A stretch of DNA of 32,000 bases from Saccharolobus solfataricus (GTDB lineage Archaea; Thermoproteota; Thermoprotei_A; Sulfolobales; Sulfolobaceae): the NCBI RefSeq assembly GCF_900079115.1, contig NZ_LT549890.1:180001-212000 (forward strand), written 5' to 3'. Under the pieces are notes generated by a model. It was not told the DNA's origin, did not search any database, and saw only the letters and a list, made by a program, of their open reading frames with translations. How positions within the stretch are numbered: position 1 is the first letter of the stretch; each line of letters opens with the position of its first letter. The translations under genes and the position numbers were made by a program. Shown in pieces: positions 1-7,912 of the stretch.

Positions 1-383
1 TATATATCTTCTATCTTATCCTCATCTTCTCTAGATATCTCAATACCGTGTGGAGAAAGGACTTTGATACCATTATATTCAGCTGGATTATGACTGGCAG
101 TTATTATAACACCACCGTCATATCCTAAAGCCTTCACACCATATTGGAAAGCTGGAGTAGGAGCCATCCCTGCTTCATAAACCAGTACACCACTACTTAA
201 CAATCCACTCTCAACAGCTTTAAGTAGCATATCTCCTCCTGCTCTTACATCCCTACCTATTAGAATTCTAGCACCTTTACCAAAATATGTTCCTATAGCT
301 TTTCCAATCTTTAACGCAAACTCTGGTTGTAATTCAGTATTGGTAACTCCTCTTATTCCATCAGTTCCAAACAACTTACCCAT
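1..383 (-). CDS. alpha-D-phosphohexomutase family protein (phosphoglucosamine/phosphomanno/phosphoglucomutase type); N-terminal ~127 codons only, gene runs off the left edge
   Basis: Hand translation of the minus strand from ATG (383-381): [108 protein letters not shown]... The FGTDGIRG N-terminus and the TASHNP phosphoserine loop are family signatures. Absent from the ORF track because it is open at the window edge. Confidence 0.85.
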   Translation of the reverse strand, partial: MGKLFGTDGIRGVTNTELQPEFALKIGKAIGTYFGKGARILIGRDVRAGGDMLLKAVESGLLSSGVLVYEAGMAPTPAFQYGVKALGYDGGVIITASHNPAEYNGIKVLSPHGIEISREDEDKIEDI

Positions 384-447
384 ATACTACTATAAATGCC
401 ATGAAATATAAAAATAAGCCTATATAGGTCACTATGATCAAAAGAAG

Positions 448-522
448 GGCTCGGGCCGGGATTTGAACCCGGGACTTCCGGGTCCACAGCCCGGCGCTCT
501 TCCAGGCTGAGCTACCCGAGCC
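448..522 (-). tRNA. tRNA-His (anticodon GUG) with genomically encoded G-1
   Basis: Minus strand reads G-GCTCGGG-TA-GCTC-AGCCTGGAA-GAGC-G-CCGGG-CTGTGGA-CCCGG-AAGTC-CCGGG-TTCAAAT-CCCGG-CCCGAGC-C. This is a full cloverleaf with a 7-nt anticodon loop carrying GTG. The extra 5' G opposite discriminator C is the His identity element. No encoded CCA. Confidence 0.92.
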
Positions 523-571
523 AGCCGCTATTGTATATCATTATCTAATTCATTTTAAACTCTTCTTTTTA

Positions 572-1813
572 TCATCTTCTTAATTGCTCCTTTACTATAT
601 CCAATATCTTTCTCGCTATTACCGTCTTAAAATTCTTTGGTATTTTCCTTACATCACCATTCTTATCTATAACTATAACCTCATTATATTCAGACGAAAA
701 TCCTATATCCTTTCTTCTCACATTATTAGCTACGATTAAATCAAACCCGTGTCTCCTCATTTTGATTTTAGCTTTCTCAATCAGCTCTTCATCAGAATTT
801 ACAGTCTCTGCGGAAAAACCTACTAGCAATACATTATACTTCCTAATGTATTCAGAAATTTTCGGTGTTCTTTCTAATTCAACTTTAGGTATTTCTGTAT
901 GACTGTCTATTTTAGTGTCAGATTTATTTTTAAACTTGTAATCAGCAGGCGCTCCAGCTAAAATTACAACATTAAACTTACCATTTTCTATACTTTTTAC
1001 AACTTCATTTAGCATCTCCTCAGTTGTCTCTACATACACTATATCCTTAACATAAGGTTCTATCTTAGAACTTATAGGTCCACAAATAACTCTAACTTTA
1101 GCTCCTCTGAAATACGCCTCATTCGCAATAGATATACCCATAGTTCCGCTACTTGGATTTGAAATAAATCTAACAGAATCTAAATACTCACGTGTAGGCC
1201 CAGCAGTAGCTAATATATTAAACCCAGATAAGTCTTTCCCTCTTAAAACATATGAGGTTATTCTACTGGTTAAGTATTCTAACTTAGGATAGTGTGCTAA
1301 ATCTCCAACTATCTCTGGTTCTATTACCTCTACTCCTATCCTTTTTAACCTATCTGCTGCATCTGCAACTTGAGGTGAAATATACATTTGTAAATGCATT
1401 GAAGGAACTATAATTAAGGGCTTTTTCATCCCAACGAAATTCAGCGCAGTAGCCGTTATTGGTGTATCAGCTATTCCATAAGCTATCTTTACCATAGTAT
1501 TTGCAGTAGATGGAGCTACGATCATTACGTCATTGTCTTCTGCCAATGAAACATGCTCTAAGTCACCAGTAAGCTTAGTAACTACATTATTTCCAGTAGC
1601 CCACTTAAACATCTCTGGGGAAATTAGCTTGGCAGCGTCTTTACTTATAATGACACTCACTTCTGCACCGTTCCTCATTAAACTTCTGGCTAAATCTAAT
1701 GACTTATATATTGCGACGCTCCCAGTTACTGCTAATAGTATCTTCTTATCAGCTAGTTCATTACTTATGCTCCCAATTATCTTCTTTGAAGGATGCGTCA
1801 TGTATGTGTGCAT
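572..1813 (-). CDS. coaBC: bifunctional phosphopantothenoylcysteine decarboxylase / phosphopantothenate-cysteine ligase (CoaBC/Dfp flavoprotein)
   Basis: 413-aa ORF. The N-terminal flavoprotein domain (KKILLAVTGSVAIYKS...) is followed by a CoaB-like ligase domain (ATAGPTREYLDSVRFISNPSSGTMG). ATG at 1813; a second in-frame ATG at 1801 fits better with a TATA-like element at 1828-1837. Confidence 0.85.
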   Translation of the reverse strand: MHTYMTHPSKKIIGSISNELADKKILLAVTGSVAIYKSLDLARSLMRNGAEVSVIISKDAAKLISPEMFKWATGNNVVTKLTGDLEHVSLAEDNDVMIVAPSTANTMVKIAYGIADTPITATALNFVGMKKPLIIVPSMHLQMYISPQVADAADRLKRIGVEVIEPEIVGDLAHYPKLEYLTSRITSYVLRGKDLSGFNILATAGPTREYLDSVRFISNPSSGTMGISIANEAYFRGAKVRVICGPISSKIEPYVKDIVYVETTEEMLNEVVKSIENGKFNVVILAGAPADYKFKNKSDTKIDSHTEIPKVELERTPKISEYIRKYNVLLVGFSAETVNSDEELIEKAKIKMRRHGFDLIVANNVRRKDIGFSSEYNEVIVIDKNGDVRKIPKNFKTVIARKILDIVKEQLRR

Positions 1814-1845
1814 ATATATTAACTACATTATATAAAGATATTGAT

Positions 1846-2349
1846 ATGGAGCTCGCTGAAAAAGATAAAGGAAGAGATTTCACACTAAGAAACGCAAGAA
1901 TGGATGATATAGACCAAATAATAAAAATAAATAGGCTAACATTACCTGAAAATTATCCATATTATTTTTTTGTTGAACACTTAAAGGAATATGGCCTAGC
2001 ATTTTTCGTAGCTATAGTTGATAATAGCGTAGTAGGATACATAATGCCTAGAATAGAATGGGGATTCAGCAACATTAAACAATTACCCTCGTTAGTCAGA
2101 AAAGGACATGTGGTTTCAATAGCAGTATTAGAAGAATATAGAAGAAAAGGAATAGCTACTACATTATTAGAAGCCTCGATGAAGAGCATGAAAAATGACT
2201 ATAATGCTGAGGAAATATATTTAGAAGTAAGAGTCAGTAATTATCCCGCAATAGCCCTATATGAGAAACTGAACTTTAAAAAAGTTAAAGTACTAAAAGG
2301 TTATTATGCTGATGGGGAAGACGCATATCTTATGGCAAGACCACTCTAG
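1846..2349 (+). CDS. ard1: GNAT N-alpha-acetyltransferase, Ard1/Naa10-type (167 aa)
   Basis: From ATG 1846: MELAEKDKGRDFTLRNARMDDIDQIIKINRLTLPENYPYYFF...VSIAVLEEYRRKGIATTLL...YYADGEDAYLMARPL. It has the acetyl-CoA motif RRKGIA typical of GNAT. Sequence and length match what I recall of the characterised S. solfataricus Ard1. The track ORF start at 1699 is an antisense run-on into coaBC. Confidence 0.85.
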   Translation: MELAEKDKGRDFTLRNARMDDIDQIIKINRLTLPENYPYYFFVEHLKEYGLAFFVAIVDNSVVGYIMPRIEWGFSNIKQLPSLVRKGHVVSIAVLEEYRRKGIATTLLEASMKSMKNDYNAEEIYLEVRVSNYPAIALYEKLNFKKVKVLKGYYADGEDAYLMARPL

Positions 2350-2836
2350 CCAGTTTTACTTCGCCTTGTTCGGGATAATATTCACCATAATACCCCATAC
2401 TGAAATTACCAATAGATATCACTCTGGTATTATTTATATAATACTCTTTCTGAACCTCGGAATGCGCATGCAAAAGAATCCTAGGCTGATTAGATAATAC
2501 CTTAGCTAGAACCTCTTGAGAACCAACTCTAACACCATTTATAATTCCAGTAATTGAGCCTTTCGGAGGATAGTGTGAAATAACGATATCTGTAGAGAAG
2601 TCTGAAGAGATATTTAAATACTTATTGAGATATTTACCAGTGCTCTTCAAGTATTTTAGTACTGAAACATCCTCCATATCCCCAGTTATACCTATAAACC
2701 CTCTTATAAACTGAGGACACTCTATATCCCCTAACCCCACGAAAAGATCAGCATCGAGCTCGTTTACAAAATTTATAAGATCTAAATTACACTGAAAACC
2801 CGCTATGAGGATTACCTTTCTTACCATACCACTCAT
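2330..2836 (-). CDS. metallophosphoesterase-fold protein (YfcE/MJ0936-like) with degenerate motif I
   Basis: 168 aa. Motifs GLGDIE (GD), ISHYPP (His) and LLHAHSE (HxH) fit the calcineurin-like phosphoesterase fold. The first motif reads ILIAGFQCN instead of xxDxHG. It overlaps the upstream CitG-like gene by 41-50 nt and converges on ard1 with a 20-nt overlap. Confidence 0.6.
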   Translation of the reverse strand: MSGMVRKVILIAGFQCNLDLINFVNELDADLFVGLGDIECPQFIRGFIGITGDMEDVSVLKYLKSTGKYLNKYLNISSDFSTDIVISHYPPKGSITGIINGVRVGSQEVLAKVLSNQPRILLHAHSEVQKEYYINNTRVISIGNFSMGYYGEYYPEQGEVKLARVVLP

Positions 2837-3683
2837 CTAGATAATATATAGCCAACGCTGAGGCTATAAGATCGGCTGTTGACCCTGGATTAAAATTGTT
2901 GTTAATCAGATACTTATTAAGCCATTCTAACTCATTAGAAGATGGGCAATCGCCAGAGAAAACTAACCTAGCAACCTTAGATGCTTCTAATGCAGCGTGA
3001 GCTCCATACTTCTTATAAATTAAAGTATCCGGGTAGTTTGAAAGTATGTATAAAAACGCTCTTTGCACATCTCTTTCAAGTCCACATAAACCTTCCTTTA
3101 TAACTTTATATGCAGCAAAAGTTATCGAATAATCATTAACCATATTAAGTGCTACTATATCATATTTCGATGAAAACTCCATAAGCGTAAAAAAATCAAT
3201 ATTCTCTATTTCTCTATAATCCATTGAACTTAATTTACCTAAATATTTCAAATTTAACTCCTTTAATGCATCGAGAAACCATCTAGTCTCGAGAGCTCCT
3301 AAACTCCTTAGAAGTTTAGCAGCCTTTTTCCTCAATTCAAAAACATTATTAATCTTAGCAGCCTCATATGCGAAGGGCGCAATTAAAAGATAAGTACCAA
3401 ACAACTGGTATTCGAATCCAAATTTATTAGAACGAGTTACCAATTCTACTAACGTATCATAAATTCTACTAATCCCTCTAAATCCCCTTATGCATAATTC
3501 TTTATAATACGTAGAAGAAATTAATGCACTTTTCACTATATCAATGTATTTCACATTTACAAGATCTTGGGATCTACTTGCATTACCGGGTTTAAAAATA
3601 TAAGATTCTATTATTGAGGCTTGAGATAAAATGTAAGAGACATCATTACAAAGGTCTAATAAACCCTCTAACATCTTTGTCAC
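2787..3683 (-). CDS. CitG/MdcB-family protein (ATP:dephospho-CoA triphosphoribosyl transferase homologue)
   Basis: 298 aa. The C-terminal NFNPGSTADLIASALAIYYL closely parallels the E. coli CitG C-terminus NLSPGGSADLLILTWFL as I remember it. An N-terminal KPG segment is also family-like. The track start is GTG (3683); an ATG lies at 3674. Confidence 0.7.
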   Translation of the reverse strand: MTKMLEGLLDLCNDVSYILSQASIIESYIFKPGNASRSQDLVNVKYIDIVKSALISSTYYKELCIRGFRGISRIYDTLVELVTRSNKFGFEYQLFGTYLLIAPFAYEAAKINNVFELRKKAAKLLRSLGALETRWFLDALKELNLKYLGKLSSMDYREIENIDFFTLMEFSSKYDIVALNMVNDYSITFAAYKVIKEGLCGLERDVQRAFLYILSNYPDTLIYKKYGAHAALEASKVARLVFSGDCPSSNELEWLNKYLINNNFNPGSTADLIASALAIYYLDEWYGKKGNPHSGFSV

Positions 3684-4545
3684 CGATAATTACAACGTTC
3701 TCCTTCTCACAGCTCATTAATAAACCCTCAACCTCAACTTGTCTCTTTCCAAATAAAGCTGATGAAAAAATACCCTCATAACTCACTATCTTAGAAACAT
3801 TATATTCATTATTATCTAAAACGTATGCAACAGAAGGATAAATTAAAGCTTCGTAATCCCCCGAAATATGAGCTTTAAATTTTACCTTACCTATTTTTTT
3901 ACAAATATCGTTACAATATCTCCAAGGTTTATCATCGGCAAAAAGTACAGAGATCTTTATACCCCTATATATCCCTCGTCTCCTATTATCATACAGTAAA
4001 CTTGAGAAATTTATACCGTAATTCTCATTAGCCTCGATAATCCATTCAGAATCTTTTTCAAATCCATCAAAAGATTCAATGAAATCTAATGCACTCTTAC
4101 GCCCATATATTATTATATCAATATCAGAATTGCTGTGATAATTACCTAGTAAAATAGATCCAGTAACACCTATATCGTTAACTCTTACATATTCTTCTAT
4201 AAAACTGATAAGAGCATAAATTATACTATCACTGACACTCTTCTTTAATATCTCTCGTAATCTTTCTTCAGGCTTTAAATGTCTAGAAATATTAGATAGA
4301 AGAACTATAGGAAAAGATGCATCATAGCAACTCTCAAAATTAAACCGTTGATTAATCTTGATTAGATTATGAACACCATACTTCTTAAATATCCTCTCAT
4401 ATCCATTCCAAATACCTTTGCCGGTATAAACATATTTTAAATAGGCAAAAACATAACCAGGGGGATTATAATTGGTTAAAACAGTATACACGTTACCCTC
4501 TTTATCAATTATAATGTCTCTATCCAAGAAATAATCTCGTCCCAT
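3646..4545 (-). CDS. predicted nucleotidyltransferase (DNA polymerase beta superfamily fold) with C-terminal beta-rich, possibly OB-like, domain
   Basis: 299 aa. The signature GVTGSILLGNYHSNSDIDIIIYG matches the G[SG]...D.D minimal NTase motif. ATG start at 4545 lies 37 nt inside the upstream gene. Confidence 0.55.
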   Translation of the reverse strand: MGRDYFLDRDIIIDKEGNVYTVLTNYNPPGYVFAYLKYVYTGKGIWNGYERIFKKYGVHNLIKINQRFNFESCYDASFPIVLLSNISRHLKPEERLREILKKSVSDSIIYALISFIEEYVRVNDIGVTGSILLGNYHSNSDIDIIIYGRKSALDFIESFDGFEKDSEWIIEANENYGINFSSLLYDNRRRGIYRGIKISVLFADDKPWRYCNDICKKIGKVKFKAHISGDYEALIYPSVAYVLDNNEYNVSKIVSYEGIFSSALFGKRQVEVEGLLMSCEKENVVIIGDKDVRGFIRPL

Positions 4546-5417
4546 TCTTTCAACCTCACAAACGAGATTGGAGTCCCACTACTATCCAACATACTAATAT
4601 AATGACGTAGAAGCCCACCAGAATACGCATTAGCGATAAATGCCGCACCGACTGCTGCTTCCTTAAACTTAAAATCATATTTCTTACCAATCTCCAAATA
4701 GTTCTTATTATATCCAGATACTATAATCGGCAACTTATACTTATCACTATACCATTCCACTATAATTCTGGTAAGCTCTAAATTCCTACCAACATTATAA
4801 ACAGTTGACTTATCTATCCTAGAATATTTATGAAGAAGATAAGCTATTTCTCCATCTAAACCAGATAAATAGGTTCCGCCATAACCATCAACTATCTTAC
4901 CGTTAATAACGATAACAATTGCAGTAAATCTTCTTCCCATTTCAACTAGAATAAAATTATCTAGTTTAAGATAAACCCTATAGAAAAATGTAGAAGCAAC
5001 CTTATCTGCAGTGCCCTTATCAATAACATTTACCTTCCTATCATTAGGTAGACTATTTAGTTCAATAACTGAGGGAATCGTAAAAGAATTATAAAAAGAC
5101 AAATATTGTTTTGAAGCTAGTAAGAAATCTCTTAAAGGGCCATGAGATAATGGATCTTTTAACGTAAGGATAAATATTTCTCGATTGTTAATATTTCTAA
5201 TATTGTAGAAAGGTAGACCATGACCAGAAGGCAAAGCCACTGCCATAGGTCTATAATCGGCTATTAGTTTGGCTAAAAATATAGAGCTTTTCTCTACTAG
5301 ATCTGTACATATTTCAAAATATTTGATCAAATTCCCTAGTTCATCAACAAAGGCGAAAGCATAAGTCTCACTACCTGGATCGATACCAACATAAATCATC
5401 AGTGGCTGCCTCGCCAT
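4509..5417 (-). CDS. ASKHA (acetate/sugar kinase-Hsp70-actin) fold protein, DUF1464-like (so-called predicted butyrate kinase family)
   Basis: 302 aa. The N-terminus MIYVGIDPGSETYAFAFVDELGN is the phosphate-1 motif of ASKHA ATPases. The in-frame ATG at 5399 (MIYVGID) lies ~26 nt from an A/T-rich element and may be the real, leaderless start. Confidence 0.5.
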   Translation of the reverse strand: MARQPLMIYVGIDPGSETYAFAFVDELGNLIKYFEICTDLVEKSSIFLAKLIADYRPMAVALPSGHGLPFYNIRNINNREIFILTLKDPLSHGPLRDFLLASKQYLSFYNSFTIPSVIELNSLPNDRKVNVIDKGTADKVASTFFYRVYLKLDNFILVEMGRRFTAIVIVINGKIVDGYGGTYLSGLDGEIAYLLHKYSRIDKSTVYNVGRNLELTRIIVEWYSDKYKLPIIVSGYNKNYLEIGKKYDFKFKEAAVGAAFIANAYSGGLLRHYISMLDSSGTPISFVRLKEWDEIISWIETL

Positions 5418-5579
5418 ATCATTATTTCAAAACGGCTTTTCGTCATCATCAAAATCAGATAGTACAACACAGATATATAAAGTATAGTATTCATTCTAAC
5501 TCCTTCCTCGCTTTAAAATCTTTCACCCTCATTCTTCATAAATATAATAAAGATATGTACAAGGTTCACAATTTAAATA

Positions 5580-5652
5580 CGCCGCGGCCGGGATTTGAAC
5601 CCGGGTCAGGGGCTCGACAGGCCCCCATCCTAGACCACTAGACTACCGCGGC
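5580..5652 (-). tRNA. tRNA-Asp (anticodon GUC)
   Basis: Minus strand: GCCGCGG-TA-GTCT-AGTGGTCTA-GGAT-G-GGGGC-CTGTCGA-GCCCC-TGAC-CCGGG-TTCAAAT-CCCGG-CCGCGGC-G. 73 nt, canonical cloverleaf, no intron, no encoded CCA. Confidence 0.9.
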
Positions 5653-5745
5653 AACTTTACGTATGCATGAGTATCTACTAATAACTTACTTAAAAAGCCT
5701 TCGCTTGCTAAAATCCTCCAATATCACATAAGACGAGAAATAATA

Positions 5746-5848
5746 TGGTAGCGGGGCCTGGATTTGAACCAGGGACCTCGGGGTTTCCCAACGCGTGCTT
5801 TAAAGAGTATATGAGCCCCGCGGCCTTACCAGGCTAGCCCACCCCGCT
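5746..5848 (-). tRNA. initiator tRNA-Met (anticodon CAU) with a 25-nt intron at 37/38 and an encoded 3' CCA
   Basis: Minus strand: AGCGGGG-TG-GGCT-AGCCTGGTAA-GGCC-G-CGGGG-CTCATA[intron]A-CCCCG-AGGTC-CCTGG-TTCAAAT-CCAGG-CCCCGCT-A-CCA. The A1:U72 pair and three consecutive G:C pairs at the bottom of the anticodon stem are archaeal initiator hallmarks. Confidence 0.8.
5785..5809 (-). other. tRNA-iMet intron (TACTCTTTAAAGCACGCGTTGGGAA)
   Basis: The insert lies between positions 37 and 38. Anticodon-loop CUCA can pair with intron UGGG to give a 4-bp central helix. That helix is flanked by 3-nt bulges (UA|U and AA|A) holding the splice sites, i.e. a bulge-helix-bulge motif. Boundaries are ambiguous by 1 nt. 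Confidence 0.6.
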
Positions 5849-5862
5849 ACTTTACCCCGCTA
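5841..5862. repeat. 9-nt direct repeat ACCCCGCTA x2 (5841-5849 and 5854-5862); the second copy duplicates the tRNA-iMet 5' end inside its own leader
   Basis: Read directly: cccACCCCGCTActttACCCCGCTAtc. Confidence 0.6.
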
Positions 5863-6111
5863 TCTAAGATATACTCTATAGTACCTTTAAAGTTATTGTT
5901 ATCATTCACTAAAATAACCATGCATCTTCTAGCGTTAACTAGAGAACTTATAGTTAGATTTTAGAGTTTATGGCCTAACCTACTATATAGCCCAAGCTTT
6001 ACTCCACTTCTCATACATTCATTGAGAACCTTATTATTTATGAATAAAATTACTCAATACAATAACAAGAGTCAGATCATTAATGTAAATTTTTTATATA
6101 AATTTAAATAG

Positions 6112-6195
6112 CGCCGGGGGCGGGATTTGAACCCGCGCGGGGAAACCCCCACTGGCTCTCCAGGCCAGCCCCTTAGTCCGCTCGGGCACCCCGGC
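6112..6195 (-). tRNA. tRNA-Ser (anticodon GGA), class II with long variable arm
   Basis: Minus strand: GCCGGGG-TG-CCC-GAGCGGACTAA-GGG-G-CTGGC-CTGGAGA-GCCAG-TGGGGGTTTCCCCGC-GCGGG-TTCAAAT-CCCGC-CCCCGGC-G (84 nt). It lies 31 nt downstream of the rps10 stop on the same strand, so co-transcription is plausible. Confidence 0.9.
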
Positions 6196-6226
6196 ACTCT
6201 ACTATATTATAGAAGAGTAAAAAGAT

Positions 6227-6535
6227 TTATATCAATTGTATCTCAATGTAAACGTCCTCGGGTACTCTCACTCGCATTAGCTGTCTCATCACACGTTCAT
6301 CTGCTGCAATATCTATTAATCTTTTATGTACCCTCATTTCCCATTTTTCCCACTTTTTCCTTCCTTCTCCATGAGGAAGTCTCATAATCGGAACTTCTAG
6401 TTTGCTAGTTGGCAATGGAATTGGACCTCTCATTTCTATCCCTGTTTTCTCAACGATACCCCTTATTTGCGTTATAACATAATTTAAATTCTCAACGTTA
6501 GTACTCCATAATCGAATTCTAGCTTTTGTAGGCAT
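6227..6535 (-). CDS. rps10: 30S ribosomal protein S10 (uS10)
   Basis: 102 aa, [16 protein letters not shown]...[24 protein letters not shown]...HKRLIDI is typical uS10. GGTGA lies 4 nt upstream of the ATG. Position after EF-1alpha is conserved. Confidence 0.95.
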   Translation of the reverse strand: MPTKARIRLWSTNVENLNYVITQIRGIVEKTGIEMRGPIPLPTSKLEVPIMRLPHGEGRKKWEKWEMRVHKRLIDIAADERVMRQLMRVRVPEDVYIEIQLI

Positions 6536-6559
6536 AAAATCACCAATAAAAAATTAAAA

Positions 6560-7867
6560 TTATTTAATTTCTACTTTGGCTGGTTTTACATCAACAATTA
6601 TTCCTACTCCAACAGTCTTACCCATATCCCTCATCGCGAATCTGCCTAGTGGTGGGAACTCATTATACTTCTCTACGCATAGTGGCTTAATTGGTTTGAA
6701 TTTGACTATCGCTACATCTCCTTGTTTCAAGAACTGTGGATTCTTTTCTGCTTCTTGACCAGTTCTTGGATCTAGTTTTGATACTAATTCTGAAACTCTG
6801 CATGCCACACTCGCAGTATGAACGTGAATCACTGGTGTATAGCCATTTGCCAAGGCCGTAGGATGCCATACTACTATTATTCTTGCAGTGAATTCATCAG
6901 CAACAGTAGGTGGATTATTCGGATGACCTACAACATCTCCTCTTTTTATATCTTTCTTTTCAACACCTCTAACGTTAAATCCAATATTGTCACCTGGCTC
7001 CGCTTTATCCATCTTAGTGTGGTGAGTTTCTATTGACCTAACTTCACCTACTTTGCCTGCTGGCATGAATACTATCTTATCACCTACCTTTAACACTCCG
7101 CTTTCTACTCTACCTACCGGTACAGTACCTACTCCAGAGATTGAGTAGACGTCTTGAATTGGAATTCTTAATGGTTTATCTACTGGTTTTGGTGGTAATT
7201 CTAACTGATCTAAATATTCTTCTAAGGTAGGACCGTTATACCATTTCATATTTTCTGATCTATGAGTTATGTTATCGCCTGCAGGTGCAACTACTGGTAC
7301 AAATCTAACCTTATTTGTATTAAATCCATAACTTCTCATAAATTTACTGACTTGGTCAACAATCTCCTTATAACGTTTTTCATCATATGGTGGCTCTGTT
7401 AAGTCCATTTTGTTTACTGCAACTATTAATTGATCTAAACCCATGGTCTTGGCTAGAATTATATGCTCTCTTGTTTGTCCTTCTACGCTCATTCCAGCTT
7501 CATATTCACCCTTCTTAGCTGAAACCACTAGAATTGCGGCATCTGCTTGGCTAGCACCAGTTATCATGTTCTTTACGAAGTCTCTATGACCGGGAGCATC
7601 AATTATTGTAAAGAAGTACTTTTTAGTTTCAAATCTCATGAATGTTAGATTTATTGTTACACCTCTTTCTCTTTCTTCTTTTAGTCTATCTAGTAGAAAT
7701 GCGAACTTTTCAGATTCTTTACCTAATTTTTTAGCAGCTTCTTCTGCTTCCTTCACTGTTTTTTCATCTATGAAACCTCTATCCATTAGTAGTCTTCCCA
7801 CTAGTGTGCTTTTACCATGATCGATATGACCTATTACTATTAAATTAAGGTGAGGCTTTTGAGACAT
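6560..7867 (-). CDS. tuf: translation elongation factor EF-1alpha (aEF1A)
   Basis: 435 aa with the GTPase motifs GHIDHGKST, DAPGH and NKMD. Confidence 0.97.
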   Translation of the reverse strand: MSQKPHLNLIVIGHIDHGKSTLVGRLLMDRGFIDEKTVKEAEEAAKKLGKESEKFAFLLDRLKEERERGVTINLTFMRFETKKYFFTIIDAPGHRDFVKNMITGASQADAAILVVSAKKGEYEAGMSVEGQTREHIILAKTMGLDQLIVAVNKMDLTEPPYDEKRYKEIVDQVSKFMRSYGFNTNKVRFVPVVAPAGDNITHRSENMKWYNGPTLEEYLDQLELPPKPVDKPLRIPIQDVYSISGVGTVPVGRVESGVLKVGDKIVFMPAGKVGEVRSIETHHTKMDKAEPGDNIGFNVRGVEKKDIKRGDVVGHPNNPPTVADEFTARIIVVWHPTALANGYTPVIHVHTASVACRVSELVSKLDPRTGQEAEKNPQFLKQGDVAIVKFKPIKPLCVEKYNEFPPLGRFAMRDMGKTVGVGIIVDVKPAKVEIK

Positions 7868-7912
7868 TTATAACACTCTCTTAACCGATATAGTGATAGA
7901 GTTAATAAAAGT

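Noticed and set aside
1699-1845. 49-codon N-terminal extension of ard1 in the ORF track
   Set aside because: The extension is antisense to the coaBC 5' end and precedes the recognisable MELAEKDKG start of the 167-aa Ard1.
5402-5641. 79-aa plus-strand ORF
   Set aside because: It runs through a promoter region and the complement of tRNA-Asp; the GC-rich tail is simply the tRNA gene.
5863-6111. C/D box sRNA in the tRNA-cluster spacer
   Set aside because: There is no TGATGA C box on either strand. The only CTGA-like element (complement of gtcagatc at about 6071) lacks a partner box.
6127-6387. 86-aa plus-strand ORF
   Set aside because: It starts inside the complement of tRNA-Ser and continues antisense to rps10.
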